From Tubiluchus corallicola (taxonomy: Eukaryota; Animalia; Priapulida), in assembly GCA_030141605.1 (NCBI GenBank), contig JAQGDQ010000538.1:62001-126000 (forward strand): 64,000 nucleotides of DNA, in the 5' to 3' direction. Shown piece by piece: positions 1-33,312 of the stretch; the stretch's first letter is position 1, and every line of letters starts with the position of its first letter. Both the position numbers and the translations under genes were made by a program. The notes under the pieces were generated by a model that saw only the letters and a program-made list of their open reading frames with translations, was not told the origin of the DNA and searched no databases.

Positions 1-332
1 TCCTATACAGTGGATGGATTCGTCTGAAAATTTACCTCGAAAAAAGTTTCTCATTAACACATCTCAAAATGTGCAGCCGAACAAGTGATTCACAAACCTT
101 CACACAAACAATAATAACAGCAAAGTCTCAAATGTGGGAACAACATCAGTGATTTCTACAGACGTCAGACTGGTAATTCCGGCGAAACTTATTGGGGTAA
201 TTTGAGCAAAAAGTAGTTGTCAACCGCAAACAAGCCAAAAACCGGATCTATACACAGCTGACCCTCAAAATTGCCATATTATGCTTAAAGGCAAACAAAT
301 AACAACTTTCACGTCCTCTTTCAAACACTAAA

Positions 333-335
<3 letters not shown>

Positions 336-370
<35 letters not shown>

Positions 371-390
371 CTCTCTCTCTCTCCCTCCCT

Positions 391-432
<42 letters not shown>

Positions 433-690
433 CCCTCTGTCCCTCTCCTCTGCTTCTTTCTTTCCCTTCGTTTGTCTCAGTCTGTCTCTCTCTCCTGCCC
501 TCTTTTTTTCTTTCCCTTCGTATCATTCTCTCTCTCTCATTGCTTTCTGTCCGTCTCTGCTTTCTCTTTCCCTCTATCAGTCTCTCTCCCTCTATCTTTT
601 TATATGTCCTCCTCTCCCGCTATCTCTTTCCTCCCACTTCAATCTTTCTCCCTCCTCTCTCTATTGTCTGTCTTCTCTGTTTCTCTCACA
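336..690. repeat. (CT)n microsatellite plus degenerate polypyrimidine tract
   Basis: Directly visible CT/TCCC repeats; source of the spurious RE/SL ORFs. Confidence 0.95.
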
Positions 691-3600
691 TTTTTCATAC
701 ATGCATTCTTTTACCCATCCATCCACCTACAACAGCGACTTTAACCAGTAAGGTAACAAGCACAACTAAAGAGCCCTCAGTAAAGGGACATGCTGCCCCA
801 ATGAGATCGACATACTTTGACAGAGACTACCGCAAGCTGCAAAGACGAATGTTCAGCATTGACACTTAAATTGACACTAAATTTCTGTGAAAGATCAGCT
901 ACCGCCATACGAAGCATCGGGTTAGTTGCGAAAGAATTCGATGCAGAGAGAAACGAGAGGTTAAATTTAAATGGAAAAACTTTAAAGGTATCCGAGTTAC
1001 AATACGCGTGCGTTTAAAACATTAAATAAAAAATCCAACTTCAATAATGGCATACTCGAAGGCTGTAAGAAACACAGGCCAACCATATCCTGCGGGTTTA
1101 AATTAAGCAACGTACATGGGCAAATTATCAAAAAAATGGAAAACGAATTCAAATCTGCGTTAGTTGACCTTAAACTTTACAACCTCCAAGCTTAAACCAT
1201 GCCCTACCATTGTGCAAGGGGTTAACTTCGTAGATTACTCCAATGTCGATAAAAAGTGGAGTTTTTTTACTCCAACAACGAACAGACAGGACTGGTAACT
1301 CTACAGGGTTTCGGGCTTGAACCACATCCTAACTCTGTGTCAGGTATCAACTGCCTACATTATTCCAGGGCCGAGAAAAACTGGCGAAAGATGGCCCGAC
1401 AGACAGATTAAACTGGAAATTCTGTAACTGCCCCGTTAGTTGGGCCATTTGGGTAATATTCCAGGGGTGACAAAAATAAGACGGACAGATATGATAACTA
1501 GCTATCCTGGCAGTCATGAGTGGTGACTGACAACTGAAACAGGATTGATAGTTTTTTAATAAGTACTTTTTATATCCATCGTACATCTATAACATTAAGA
1601 GGCAGAGCCAGTCACACCATTAAACAAAAACTGCCCAAGGTAAGCTCTGCTTCAAGGCCGCAAAATGAATAAGAAATTAAGCAATATCTGCTGTCTGGTC
1701 GAATAAAAACGTATTTAAGTAAACACATGTTTTATGATGCGCCCATTTATCAAAAATTACCTACACTTCAGTTTTCTCTTAAACTACAAATGAAAGCTAG
1801 CTAAAGTGTATAACAATGACAAGAAATACATTATGTTCAACAGATTCAATTTTCTTGAATGGGTGCAAATGCTAAGCTTGTTTTTTAGGTAAAATTACTC
1901 GTTCTTATGGATGTTTCAAGAAAGATACGGTTTACTTATGTAGTAAATTTGTTCGATTAATGTTAAATCATTTCTTTTCTGCATTTTTCGCAATGCATCA
2001 CCAATGAACTGCATTGTATTGTTTTGTACAAACGAGAGTAGTATCGGCCTTGATCTTGCCAAGATTATAGCTTTTTAAAGACCTGTGCTGATATAATTTA
2101 GAAACTAAAGCACACAATGTTTTCTATGGCTGTAACCTGTATATTGTAGTGCTGCCTAGAGTCTAGACTGTATAGTGTCCAGTGTCCAGGACTTCTTTTA
2201 CATTCCTGTCATTGCTCCGCATCATACAGTCTGTTGGATGCGTGCTTGTGGCAATATTGTATTTGTCAGAGAATTTACAGCATAAGTGCACAGTTTCTGA
2301 ACTTTCAGGGTTTGTGCACATTTAGTTAATGCAATGGACAAAAGTTTCGAGACCATTACACTGAGATAGCTGGCGGCAAAGAGGCAAAGTCCCACCAACC
2401 GAGCAAGAAAGCGTTTGCTGTAAGTGTTCATTTCGCAACAAAGTTTCACGCTGGAATGCCAGACTAGCTTATTGATGCTTTGGGGCTTTTAAGACGGCAC
2501 TACAAGCCATCAACGAATTAGTGAAATTTAATAATTTTAAATGTCATATTATTGCACGTAGTGACTAGTAACTAACGAATTAAGTGATTAACTTAATGTT
2601 ACAGGTTTTCAGCTCATAAAGAGTACCGTAATAGACCTAATACTGCCGAGTACAATAACACTCTCTTAATAATTATTATATACAGGGTTCTAAGCTACTT
2701 TTAGACCATTTTCTGCAAGTCAATCTTGGCATTTTTCCACTGCTTTTCATTCTCGATCTCGGCAGGGTCTCGTCTCGGTCACTTATCGGTCTCCTAATTT
2801 TATTAGAGTTGAGAAGCTAAAAGTAATAAAACTTTATGAGGCAGACATTTTAAGGATTTTTCTCCACATTTAGCTAGCAATTCTGCTGGCTATGTTATAC
2901 ATATATAAATACAGACTGAAGCTAAGTCAGCTGCTGACTCAGTAAATCAGCTAGCTCCGTTGAAATTGACTGACTTTTCAGCTGAGTGGGCTTAAAGAAA
3001 AAATTAGCTAAGTCAGCAAAGCTGCGATTTTTGTTAACTAAATAAATGATAGATTGTTTGTTAACTAATAAATTATGGAGACAAATCGTGTTAATAAATA
3101 ACAATTTTAAATAAATCGTGTTGCTTATACATTCACAGAAAAAAAAACTCAAATTATTATTATAAAAAAAGCAATGCATCATTATTACAAAAATAATTTA
3201 AATCCAACTCTTGGTGAGGCTTATTTTGATTACCAACGAATCAATACCAAAACACCAAAATGATCCCATACGTGTGACTAACATTACCTATTTGTGTATT
3301 TAATTTTGAATTGACTGCTTTCTCGCTCAAAAATTTCTAAAGTTTAGTATCTCTGCCAGCACACGCACAACCTTACTGAGAACCTGCGATGCATTTGTTG
3401 TATTTCAAAAATGAATTCGTCATCATCATAGGCTCGCTACGTCAATTGTAGATATTGGCAGGCAGAATTCTAAAATAAAAGAAATGCCCTCAAGACAGGT
3501 ATCCAGCAAAAAACTAGACATTGCTAGTGCCAGTGGCTTGTTCACAAGAGCGAAAATCTTTGCAGCCAGCAAAAACGTTGGCTAGCTCGGCTCCGATCAC

Positions 3601-4033
3601 TGAGCGGCTGGCGCGACTAAAGCTGGGTTTCTTATCGACTAGGTCGACTGTAGAAATAACCGGCTGGAGCTCAGCTGAAACGGCGTGGTTCTGGCCTCTA
3701 TCTATAAAATTTGTTGCCATTACTGAACAGGCTATTATCAGTGGTTGGCAAAGAACAAAACGCATTTCAAGATGCCTGATATCTTAATATGTAAGAATGT
3801 TAAATAGAGCCAAAATTTCTGCACCTCAGTATTTTCTGTCTTGACTTTTTTAATTCTGATTGCTCAAACTGGACAGTTGCAATCGCATAACAGACTTCAG
3901 AACACATGTGGATGCCTGGCCGAACTTCCAGTCGAACAGTTGCTTTATGATCTTTACGTTTATCTAAGTTACATGTTAGCTATCAAATAATGGCTACCTA
4001 ACATAAATCAAGTATTAATGGAATTGTACCCAC

Positions 4034-7000
4034 CATGGTGGACTACGTGATGGTCTTCGAGTATTCGGATAAGTTTAACTGCCGAATGACGACTGTCAAC
4101 CTGCCTTGTCTTTAGTAACCATTCCACAACGTCAATGCCTACGAAGCATGAGCTGTAGACTATTGATTGGTGCTGCCGCTGTGTGACGAGTCCATTCTCA
4201 TTGTGCAAACACTGCCTGGAAAACAATAACAAAAAATAACATACCAAATTACCAACCTAAAAACATAATCTTGCAACGTATAGCACTTATGGATGGTAGC
4301 AATGATGGAACTCGACCCAGTAAAGCTATCAAAGCAAAAACTGAGATTTAATTACCATCAAACCAGGACGCAGAGAGCACTGCACATCATGATTACTGAC
4401 CAACATACAAAATTACTGCAACAAAGCAACAAGTTCAGTTTAACTTGTTAACTTAACTCTGGACGTAATTTCATTTCTAATTTACTCCATTTTAAAACAA
4501 AGCTTACATTTTATAAAAGAAGGGGACCTAGGCAGAGACAGGGAGCTCTTATGCTGGTCTAATTCTTAAATCTAAAAGCGTTAAAATCAAAACAAATTTC
4601 TAAGTTTTAAAAGTCAGAGTGCCTCTGTGACACAGTGACCAGCATAAAGCCGGAAAGCAAAAGGTCCGCCATGACCTAAGGTTGAATCTCAGTTGAAATG
4701 CAAAAATCACTTTCTAATTTAATATTGCTTTCACGTGCTTTCATATGAATAAAAAAAGCATATATACACAAAATTATACAGAGCTATGACATATAATATT
4801 ACAGTCACCATTTCATAATATGTTCCAGCATCCAGCCTGTTCAGACACATTTTACAACTTGCTTATTGCCCTTCTCATTTTCTTATCTCAGCTTTAAGTG
4901 GGAAAGCCCAGATCAGTACGGGAAGCCTCGCATAAACATTGACATTGACGTAACTCTGACACCTCATATTGCTCCAAAGTCCTAGATGGTATCTTATCCT
5001 TGTTCTCCTATTAGCTAATATATGCAGACATGTAGTGTGAGATGCGATAATCTTTGTAGCTTTTTTCCTGAACACCTATTACCAAATGTCTTTTATGTAA
5101 TGCAAGTTTCACACAGGTAACACATATTTTGCACCTTCAAAGATTTGTCGAAGGAAAAATATGTCGAGGACTGATTATTAAGTTATTTATAATAATTGTT
5201 GTAAAAAGTAATGCATTTTTAATATAACACTGGCATAAATAATAAGACTGGGGAAACTGCCACACATCCGTCCTTCTAAAATCAGAAATCACTTAACTCA
5301 CTTTTGTCTTGTCATTTAGAATGATTGTGGCGAAATTCATAGCCGAGTGGTTCGCATGCATGGCTATATATATATAATATATAATTATATAATTCAGAAT
5401 TTGCTCAGACACCTCTGCCAGTTCAATGCCTCATGTAAGAGGATTACATTTGGTAAGAAGCCTAATTTAGGCAATGAAAAATAACATTGTTAACATGCCA
5501 AATGTTGAGAACTTTAAGCTAGCATTGAGAAGTGTGAGTTAACAGCATTTTTATATGCTAATACCCTTTTATTTGCCAATTCTTTCACACTTGTTCATTC
5601 ATTCACTAAAGTTCTCCATTCATATACTCCTAGGCATTGTAAGGCCAAACTTACACGATAATTAGGCCTATCCTACGTAATAATGTTCATGTCAATAGAG
5701 ACCTATGAAGTTATGCAGAGGTAATAATTAATAAATAACAAAGACATCATAAAGCAAATGCATAACACATGTGAGCACACAGAGGGCCATATCCTCTTAC
5801 TTCAGCCCTTTACTTCAAACTGCTCATAACGTTGCACTACCTGACCTGCCAATTCTCATGCATTAGGCGTGTGTCACATGCATTTTAAGCCTTTGATGTG
5901 CACATGCGCATCAAATCACATGCATTGTGCAATCTTCATAGGCAAGTTTACAAATTGCTGGTTTCCTTTGTCACCAGTGCCAAGTACCAACCCTGACACA
6001 ATTAGAGTAGCACTCTCAATAATACAGTAGCATTCATGAGTCTCAGATATTATACTAAAGGGTATTACAGTTAGTGAAAATTAAGCACCTTTGAGTGCAA
6101 TTGGGTTCTTTTCATGTGTGCAAAAGAACATATTTAAGCATAGTGAACTGCAATAACAGCATAAGAAAGCTCAGTAGTAAATAAAAATTGCCTTCATTTT
6201 TTCCCTAATTTTTTTTCATAATTTGTTGATACCCAAAAGGCAAAAATTTCTAGGGCACAATTTGCCTCCACCCCTGGACCCCTGCAAGCAATGAAATAAT
6301 TCCCGGTCTTCCTACGTTTCCAGTTCATTTTTACATCAAATGGTTGGCAGGCCAGCTAGGTCTACATTACTTGGCAATGGTTATATTAACAGTTCACTGG
6401 CTCCTCTTCACCTTAACCAAGACGAGTACAACCTAAGTGTGCAAAAGCAAATTTCCTTTCATTAGGCATCATTATATAGTCATTTCCAGATCTGCATACA
6501 GGTACCACACCCTTCCAGCTTATTACTTTTTCATGTAACTGCTATATTTCCTCTGATTTTTTTAAATGTTCTTACCAATAACTAATAATAAAGAGTGCAT
6601 ATTTCAGTAGGCGTAATAGTCCACATCCCAACACTGTATTTGTGACCGTGCATAATAGAAGTCCAGAGTGCACTAATTTAATTATGGAGCTAGAGGTCAA
6701 AAAAGTCAGAATAGTCAATTTTTATCAATTTATTTATAACATGGGCATAGTTATTTTCACAAGTTTTTTCATTGTTATTAGCACTATAGACTAGCGCCTT
6801 TAACTGTCTCACCTGTAATTAATAGTCTTACCTGGCAAACACAAACACTCGAAACATACTCTGTCGGTATATTTGTTCATAAGTTTTACAAAATTTTTAT
6901 AAAAAAGACATGAAAACAAACATGAAATTGGTAACATACACAAATTTTAAACTCTCGTGTGATAGAAATAGTTACTATAACTTACCTTTGATTAAATTAA

Positions 7001-8059
7001 CACGGGTAGCACAGGTAAATAACAAAGGTATGCATAAAGTATCAAAAAGAAGTACACAGGCTATACTTGAATACAAACTGCCAGAAAGAAAATTGTACTT
7101 AATAGTACTCTCCTAAACCCCAAAGCAACTAACACCTTCCTCAGTTGCTATGTAAATTTACTGAAAATTGTACTACAAACTTTGAAAGCCATTTTCTCCC
7201 AATTTTAGTTTTGATTTTTTTTGCTGTCTGCTCAACTATAAATGTCAATATCTGGCTCAGAAACAACGTAGAGAGCTGAAACTGGTACCAGAATGATCAG
7301 TATGAACAGGAGAATAAGAATATGCATATAACTGAAAATTGATACCTAGCACACTAAGGATGGTTTTGCTATGCACGTTTATATTTACTTATTATTCTTT
7401 CAGCTTTCTCACAGCATAATGCATGCTTTGTTCTAGCATCTTGTTTTCTGTACTTAGGACATAAATTTTCCCACTTCTTACTCTTCTTATAAGGTTATAT
7501 CCTTTCTTATATGCTTGGTACTCATCTGCCACCTCTGCTTGCCAACCTGAATTTCAATGATTTAGGCATAATAACATTTTCATACGGTTTGCCCCCGCCA
7601 CCCAGTTACATCTGAATTAGGATTAGTTAATTTTGAATTATGCCTGTTTAATTTCGATGCTGAGATTCATCTCTGGAAATTGTTACTGGAACATGTAGTT
7701 AGTGCTGCAAATGTGACATGCTTCAAAAATAATCTTGACAAACACCTCTGCACAAGAAATCTCCTATTTTAACGCCACCTGGCGGGCTCAGAGATGAAGC
7801 ATACTACCACACCTACACCAAGAACTGGCCGAAGCTCTGTAATGTAAATTACACAGCTCATTTGCCATGAACATTTATCATCATTAGAGCCAAGGACTCA
7901 ATAGGTAGCGTGCTCACAAACTACTGAGTTAAAACATTAATGCCTATAATGGTCTTGGTAGTAAGCTGCAAGATGTTGACTCAAAATTCATAACTACCAC
8001 TACCAAATAAATAAACTGACAGTTTACCTAAGCTGTTCGCCAACCAAATAAACTTCCAT
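4034..8059 (-). CDS. DEPTOR: DEP-domain protein, DEPTOR-like; first two coding exons only (8028-8059, 4034-4215), remainder not located
   Basis: Spliced translation MEVYLVGEQLR|QCLHNENGLVTQRQHQSIVYSSCFVGIDVVEWLLKTRQVDSRHSAVKLIRILEDHHVVHH resembles the DEPTOR N-terminus and first DEP domain (EVLVTGEQLRLRLH...YPNCFVAKELIDWL...AIKLMQKL...IIHHV). The GT-AG phase-2 intron is consistent, and an in-frame stop lies upstream of the ATG. Orthology is from memory of the family only. Confidence 0.7.
5841..6355. mobile_element. Degenerate non-autonomous DNA element (hAT-like MITE)
   Basis: Imperfect terminal inverted repeat ctgacctgccaa (5841-5852) / ttggcaggccag (6344-6355), 11 of 12 matching. No TSD recognisable. 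Confidence 0.35.
7665..7770 (+). mobile_element. CR1/L2-type LINE ORF2 C-terminal remnant
   Basis: Translates WKLLLEHVVSAANVTCFKNNLDKHL, similar to the CR1 terminal consensus WNxLPxxVVxAxSVxxFKxxLDK. Confidence 0.6.
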
Positions 8060-8420
8060 GTAAAGATATTTTTTATTGTTTTTAAAGAATTCCCAGTAAG
8101 TATTCACGTTATATCAACACAAGTACCCATCTTTCTATGTTTTACCATCCAATTCCAATGCAGTAGGCGCATCGTTTGCTCGAGTTAACCGTAGTCTTTG
8201 CCGTAGAAAAAGGTTTCTGCGCTTGTGCTGCTTCACCACTTGTAAATTTGCCAGAAATGTTTACAGGTATTTAAAATCGCGTGCAAGAAATTAAAACACA
8301 AGCCACTCGTAGGGCCTGCTCAGTGGAACGTGCTTGGTTGGGTAGGTTTACCTTGTATTTTTCTTTCATGGTTTTTACTTTATAATATAGTTTCCATCGT
8401 TCCGTGCTTGAATTGAATTT

Positions 8421-8424
<4 letters not shown>

Positions 8425-8491
<67 letters not shown>

Positions 8492-8613
8492 CTCTCCCTC
8501 TCTTCTCTTTCTCTCTGTATGTCTCTTTTTCTCTCTCTCTCCCCCTCTCTTTCTCTCTCTATATCTCTCTCTTCCCTCTCTCTCTTTCTCTCTCTCTCCC
8601 CCTGTCTCTTTCT

Positions 8614-8659
<46 letters not shown>

Positions 8660-8708
8660 CTCTCAATCTCTATCTCTTTCTCTCTGTATGTCTCTCTTTC
8701 TCTCTCTC

Positions 8709-8766
<58 letters not shown>
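8425..8766. repeat. ~340-bp (CT)n/(GA)n tract
   Basis: Directly visible; perfect CT runs at both ends and an interrupted centre. Confidence 0.95.
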
Positions 8767-8768
<2 letters not shown>

Positions 8769-9206
8769 ATGTCACCCAGTGTTTAGCATAGTGTTCTCGG
8801 GCACCAGTTTCGTGCTCACAATTTCACAAAATAACGGCGTGGCTACTCATCTTTTCCAAAGCACACTTCTCAACTCCCACGATTTTGCCATTAAGACGAA
8901 CGACTTTAACTTATTTATCTCTCATTTTAACTCACGATCTCATCTAAACTTTCTTTTTTGTGTCAAGTAGAAAAAAACAGTAAGTTTTGATTTTCCAAAT
9001 TAAAACTAATAAAAACATTTTTCATTAGTACACCTGTTTAGAGTGCCACTATATACTAGTAGTCTTTAATAACTTAAGTAAGCTCATTTTCTAATGAAAA
9101 TGACTCAAAGATTTATCATTATCATCAACAAAATTTTGCAAATGTGACAGATTTGGTAATTTTGTTGTTTTGGAATAATCAAGTTATTATTGATTTTAAA
9201 TTTAAT

Positions 9207-9650
9207 CAGTGTTGTTCTAAGTTATTTAACAAAGAAAATGTAACTACTTCCAGAAACAGTTGCACATTTGTGGAAGTGTAGCTGTAACGAGTTGCAATTT
9301 TTTTAGCTTGTAATGGTAATTAGTTTCTTTTTGTTTTAATTCGTAACGGATATAACAGTTTATGAGTTTTTTGTAAGGCTTCTAAATGTAATATTCTACC
9401 AATTTTACTCTTCTTTCAGTACTGTACATTTGATTGTTGTTATACATCAGTTTCTGCTGTGCAAGTCATCAGTGGGACTTCATTCTAACATGAATTTTGA
9501 TGTTTTCATATTCATACCAGGCACAATAACCTAAAGTTACAGTTATTTTTAAAGGAACTATAACTGTAACTAATTACCTTTCTGATACTAGCGAAGGCCC
9601 TGTAAGTGGGAATAGTTACTTTTTATCGCTGTAACTTGTTACTGTGAAAT
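9207..9650. mobile_element. Degenerate GTAAC/GTTAC-rich MITE-like element
   Basis: Begins cagtgttg and carries many gtaac/gttac subterminal-type motifs in both orientations. Right end not defined. Confidence 0.3.
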
Positions 9651-11857
9651 ATTGATGTAAGTTGATGTAAGAAGATCTGTGTCTATAAAAAATCCAAACA
9701 AGTTCTCTCCAAGTGTTTTTTTATTTGAAAAATCTCTATGTTGCCTCTCACAGTGGCTCAGTGTATAGTGTCAGTGCCCATTTATGCAAATATTGCTTTC
9801 TTGGCATTACACGCAATAACTTCGGAATGACCAGTGAGTACTAGGGGTTCAATTTTTTAATAATTTTTGGGGATTCTTGGCTAGACGTGATGCAATCTTA
9901 TGATTTGTAAACAAAATAAGCACGTGTGGCGCGAATGCATCAAGTATGCCGATCTGCGCTCGATTTTGCCACAAACTGCTTTTTGTCATGGTGAATTTCA
10001 GTTTTGGTGAATCAGAAAAATATTTTTCAGCATAAAACCTACACTTTGCACCAGTAGCCCCAGTAAAGTAAATATTGATTGATCTGTTTTGGCATGTAAT
10101 TTTGACTACAATGTTGACTTCTAGATCAGCCAGTTTCAAGATAGCACCTGATTATTATCTGTACCACTATGTAGGCCTACGCGGTGGCTAACTGTAGCTC
10201 GTGTGTTGTTTGCAATGTGTAGTACATACAGTCTGCAACTTTCTAGTTGAGAAAGAAAAGGAGATGGGCATCTATCCCTTTTTTTCATAATGGTTACCAA
10301 TAACCATTGCACAATAGTAAATTAAGGTAACCATGATCACAAACTGTTCCCAGTTAGATACTGCAGTGCTAACTACAGTACATTCATTTTGCAGCCGTAG
10401 ACACTTTCTTTAAACACAGGTAATGTTGAGATATCTAATATATCGAGTAACATGATTGGCAGAATTGAGTCAATGTGCCTTTCCAATTTCTCGAAATAAA
10501 TTCTAGAACCAACAGTCAGGTGTTGCTGGGTGCTATTGCAATTTAGTCATTGAAATAGTGCATATAACTGAGCTGTCGAGAGATCTACATTTACGCCAGT
10601 GTGGGGGAATACAGACTGCTAGTTGTGATATGAGATTTTCCTCAATCGTGGCTATACTCATTTAACAAAATGAACCTAGATCAGTCATTACTAAAGCAAA
10701 TTAATAATGTGATCAAGTGTCTGTTAACATTTAAACAACGAGATAATTATAGGTAAAATGTCATATTGCATAAAATATCATCTTTTCTGTCCTACATGCA
10801 TTATTTTTTTTCACCATAACCAGGGTGATTTTTGTTTATGCAATGCCTCACCTATATATGTTTGTATAAAAGTAGCAATAAGTAATAAGCACGTCTTACT
10901 TGATTCTTCAATTTTAAATATAGTTCCTTGGCTATCACAATGGTTTGAAAATTCAGTTGAATAAGAGTAAGTTTTTTAGCAAAAAAGCAGAATGCTGTCT
11001 TAATAAATGACGTGTGTGTGCTCGATGTGCATTTTGCAAATCATTTGTCTTTGCTACTCTATAATAACTATTTTGCATGTGTATAGAAAAAAAGCAAGTG
11101 TCTGTATGTGTTGCTATATTTGCATATCTTCTTTCATTGTAATACCCAACTTACTGCCAAAGCTACTGATGATCAGAGCATTATCTAGCAGAGCATATTA
11201 GCTATCCTCATTTGTCTGCCTTCGTTTACAAAGATTACATGCTAACTCCATAATCAATCATAGCCAGGCGACTATTGTTTGGTAATCTTCATCCTGTAAG
11301 GATTCCTGCAGGTTGTGACAACTAAGCTTCATTAACATGATGAACGTATCTTGTTAGTACCACAATTTTCTGCTGTTTATGCACTGCAGACTTAGAAAAT
11401 GCTTACAGATGTTTCTTGAATTAAATTTTAACATTAGCATAGTGTAGCCACTGGCCAAGCAGTCACATATCATGCATCCAGCACTGATTAATTTTGATTG
11501 CTATTGTTGTTAATTTAGAGGGTGCCTGATGGCTTCGCAGTTGAGATGTGTACAGTCACAAGATTGATACAGCGATGAAATGTAAGCTGCTTACTCAAGT
11601 TGCCATTGATTTAATGAAATACATTATTATTGCCTGGCTGATCTGTTGAATTAGCTGTAACTGTCGCATGAAATTATTAACTTTTTTGTAAGCCAGTGTT
11701 TGCTGTAATTTGCACAACAATGTTGGTTTTCAGGTTTTTATTTTCTCATGTTAATGAACTTGTATATTTTGGAAAACATTGGTCATCAGATTAATTCCTA
11801 TTCTCCGGCCCAATCTGTCTTGCATTTTTTTTGTTTAGTAGCACAGTGATTTCGAAC

Positions 11858-30287
<18,430 letters not shown>

Positions 30288-33200
30288 TGTCATTTGCTTT
30301 ACTGGACACTAAAGAATCTCTGATGGCTGTATGAAAATCAATTTTCTAAAGTAAGAGTTTTCCGGTCATTCAGTGTTGGCAGTAGTAGACTGTCTTAGAG
30401 CCAGTTTTTCATTTTATTAAAAAAAACTGCTGATTGCATGCATGACATTGGCCACCTTGGCATGTTACTTAAAACTAGATAGCATGTTTATTTGATGATC
30501 CTTAATCTTAACAATGTGTCATACATTGTGAAGATCTTCCAAAATGGTTCTGAACATTCCGAAAAGCATTATTTCTATATTCGGTATGATCTCAAACCAG
30601 AGTGTATGCAAGAAGATCTCAGATAATATCATAACTGTCAAATACTAGGCCCCATTTCGCAGTTACTTAAAGTCACGACTTTAACAAAAGTTTGAAGCCT
30701 TTCTTCGGTCTAATTCACTGCTCATGGTACAGTTATTTGTGTGGTGTTTCACACAATAAAAAGCATGATATGAACAGTGCCTAAAAAGACATAGAAAACC
30801 CAAAAACCAACTGGAAGTTCAAATGAATTACATGTATTTGTTTTATTTTAGATTTTTTGCAGTTTATGTATCATTGAAATTCCAGACATGCATTATGTTT
30901 CTTGAAACTGTCTATATGTAAAACCGTAGATAGTCGCTCCATAGAAAGAAGAGATAATTATCGTATTGTAATGGCACTTATTCATAACATATTTTTATGT
31001 ACTATTTTACAAGTACTTTAGTGAGTTTACAGTGAATTGTGAGACATAAATCTAGTCACTAATTTTGTTCTAGTCATATCTGCTAGTCATTACTCACATG
31101 CAATTTTCTTAATTAGCCAGCTCAATTTGCCAACTTTAGTTTTGTTTTATTTTAAAATTATATCTTAGTGAATGTGATAGACCAAACTTTGCAAAAACAG
31201 AGTTGGCAAATTTGACATACATGTAGTAGTATTACAAATGCTTCCTGACTATTTTATCATATATCAGCATATGTATAATTTTTTTGTTATATGCAAAGTT
31301 GTTGTTTGTAAAATTAAGCACACCTTTTATAGTTGTTTACACCAATTTAATCACTACTTGTAATTGATTTGTTTCCATCTTGTTTGAAATGTTGTGATAT
31401 AGAACTTTAAGAATTGAATGAGATGCTAGTATAAAAAAACGAATATAAACGAGGTGACCTAGAAACGGAAACGGCATTCTTTTGTAAAAGGAGGCCCGTG
31501 TGGACACGTTCTACTTGAAACACATGGAAAATAATTAAGGGGCCTGATTTGAGCATCATTAAATGGAATTATAGTGCCACTTGCTGGTAAGGATAGAGCT
31601 AATTTACTTCGTACTAAATGTGTGTTACTAAATTCCTGAAGTCTGGACGTAAGAATCCTATGCCTGAGTCAATGATGGCGGTAATTGTACTTGTATTTCA
31701 TCTGCCATGTACAGCAGTACATAAGCTGACAGTCCACTTATCAAGGAAACAAACATTTTAATGTCATGCACAGAGAAAAATTGCTAGCCTCACACAAAAA
31801 GTGAAGCAAACATTGGGCACCATGTTCTAGTATGAATTCTATAGTCTGCTGCTACCCCAAAAATGAGTAATATGTTGTACAAAAAAAACTGCTTGCAATT
31901 ATTAGGCAAAAACAGCCCTCGACCAACACACTTTTAAAGTATTGATCATTTTTACAGGCAGGAATCTCCTTGTTGCTTGTGCATGACATTGAAATGTGGC
32001 TAACAGTAAATTTACGTATTTGCCCTTTCAAGCTTCAATTTGCTCTGTCCATGTTGTTATTTTTCATCGCAGTCGGAGATGCATGCTAAACCTAACCACA
32101 GTAATTTAGCGGGTTCTTAAATCTTTTAGCAGAAAAAAAATTGCTTCCATAAACAAGAGCCGTTTCCTAAAAAAATACACAATCTTTTATGGCCTCTGTT
32201 GGAACATTATTGGACAGATAGTGTTGTGATATAAAATTTAGTCATATCAAAGTATCAATGATACTAATGATTTCCAATGAAATTATGAGGTTCGTATACA
32301 GTATTTACAACTGCATGCTTATCCAAGACACTTGACTCGCAAAAATCATTTTTTATCATTTCTTTTCAGGTTCTCATGCTGTTTTCAGTGAAACAAAAAA
32401 AAATTTGTTAAAAGTTGTTTATGATCTTTATTCTAATGGGATTATGTCATTAAGAAACAGAAAAAAATCCAAGAAGTTTTGATTTAAATAAACAATCAAA
32501 AGTGAAGCCATTCGTTTAGAGTGATATTTATCATTAAAATTTTGTTAAATAAATAATGCGGATGTTATAAAAAATTCCACTGCTTAATTTTATTTAAAAA
32601 CTTCTCATTAGATGACACTGTATCTTGTCATGTGGTAAGAGATTTCAATGCATTTTTTTCACTGACATACTTCGTATGAATCCAAGCCAAATGAATGTAT
32701 TCAAAAATAAAGCTAATAAATTTCAAACTATTATGTGTGCTTGCAAAGCAAAATCGTCCATAACTCGGCAATTAAGCTTTTCTAGTTATTCACACACCCT
32801 GAATGTCCACGTCATGAGGATCATTTTGATAACAAGCCCATCACAGATAATCCACGTTGGACTTGAGGTGCATGCCACGCACTGAAAAACGTAACCTTGA
32901 GAAAATCGCTGTTAAAATTAGCCATTGTTTTTGTTGCATTTCTACAAAACACTTAGCAACAGCACAAATGTTGGCTGCTATTGACTTTGCAAAAACACTT
33001 TGAAGTTATGTTTAAAGCTAGTAGATTTTTTGAACATTTTCTTGATAATCTGATGTCCAACATGTCTTATTTATTTTTTTTCATTTTTATAAAAAGCATG
33101 CAATTGACATTTGACCAAATTTTTGCTGCATCCCACTTAGAAGCATCATAACACAGTTTTAAATATGCCGACTTATGGGCGGTTTTGGTTTGCAAGCACA

Positions 33201-33312
33201 CATATATCATCAACCTTTACATCAACCTATTCCAATACACATACACGTAAAGAATTTCACCACAATTAAACTTAACAGGTATCCAAGGTTTGTACCAGCA
33301 AGGAAAATGTCA

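Noticed and set aside
248-869. ORFs rich in RE or SL repeats
   Set aside because: They are translations of the CT microsatellite and polypyrimidine tract.
2915-3700. cagct/gctag-rich repeats and two overlapping ORFs at 3514-3787
   Set aside because: Probably a decayed repeat; no TIR/TSD, splice context or protein similarity could be established.
8404-8970. 188-aa SL-repeat ORF and the antisense RE-repeat ORF
   Set aside because: Microsatellite artefacts.
9430-9480. Minus-strand ctgatga...gaaac hammerhead-like core
   Set aside because: Stems I and II do not pair in the required register.
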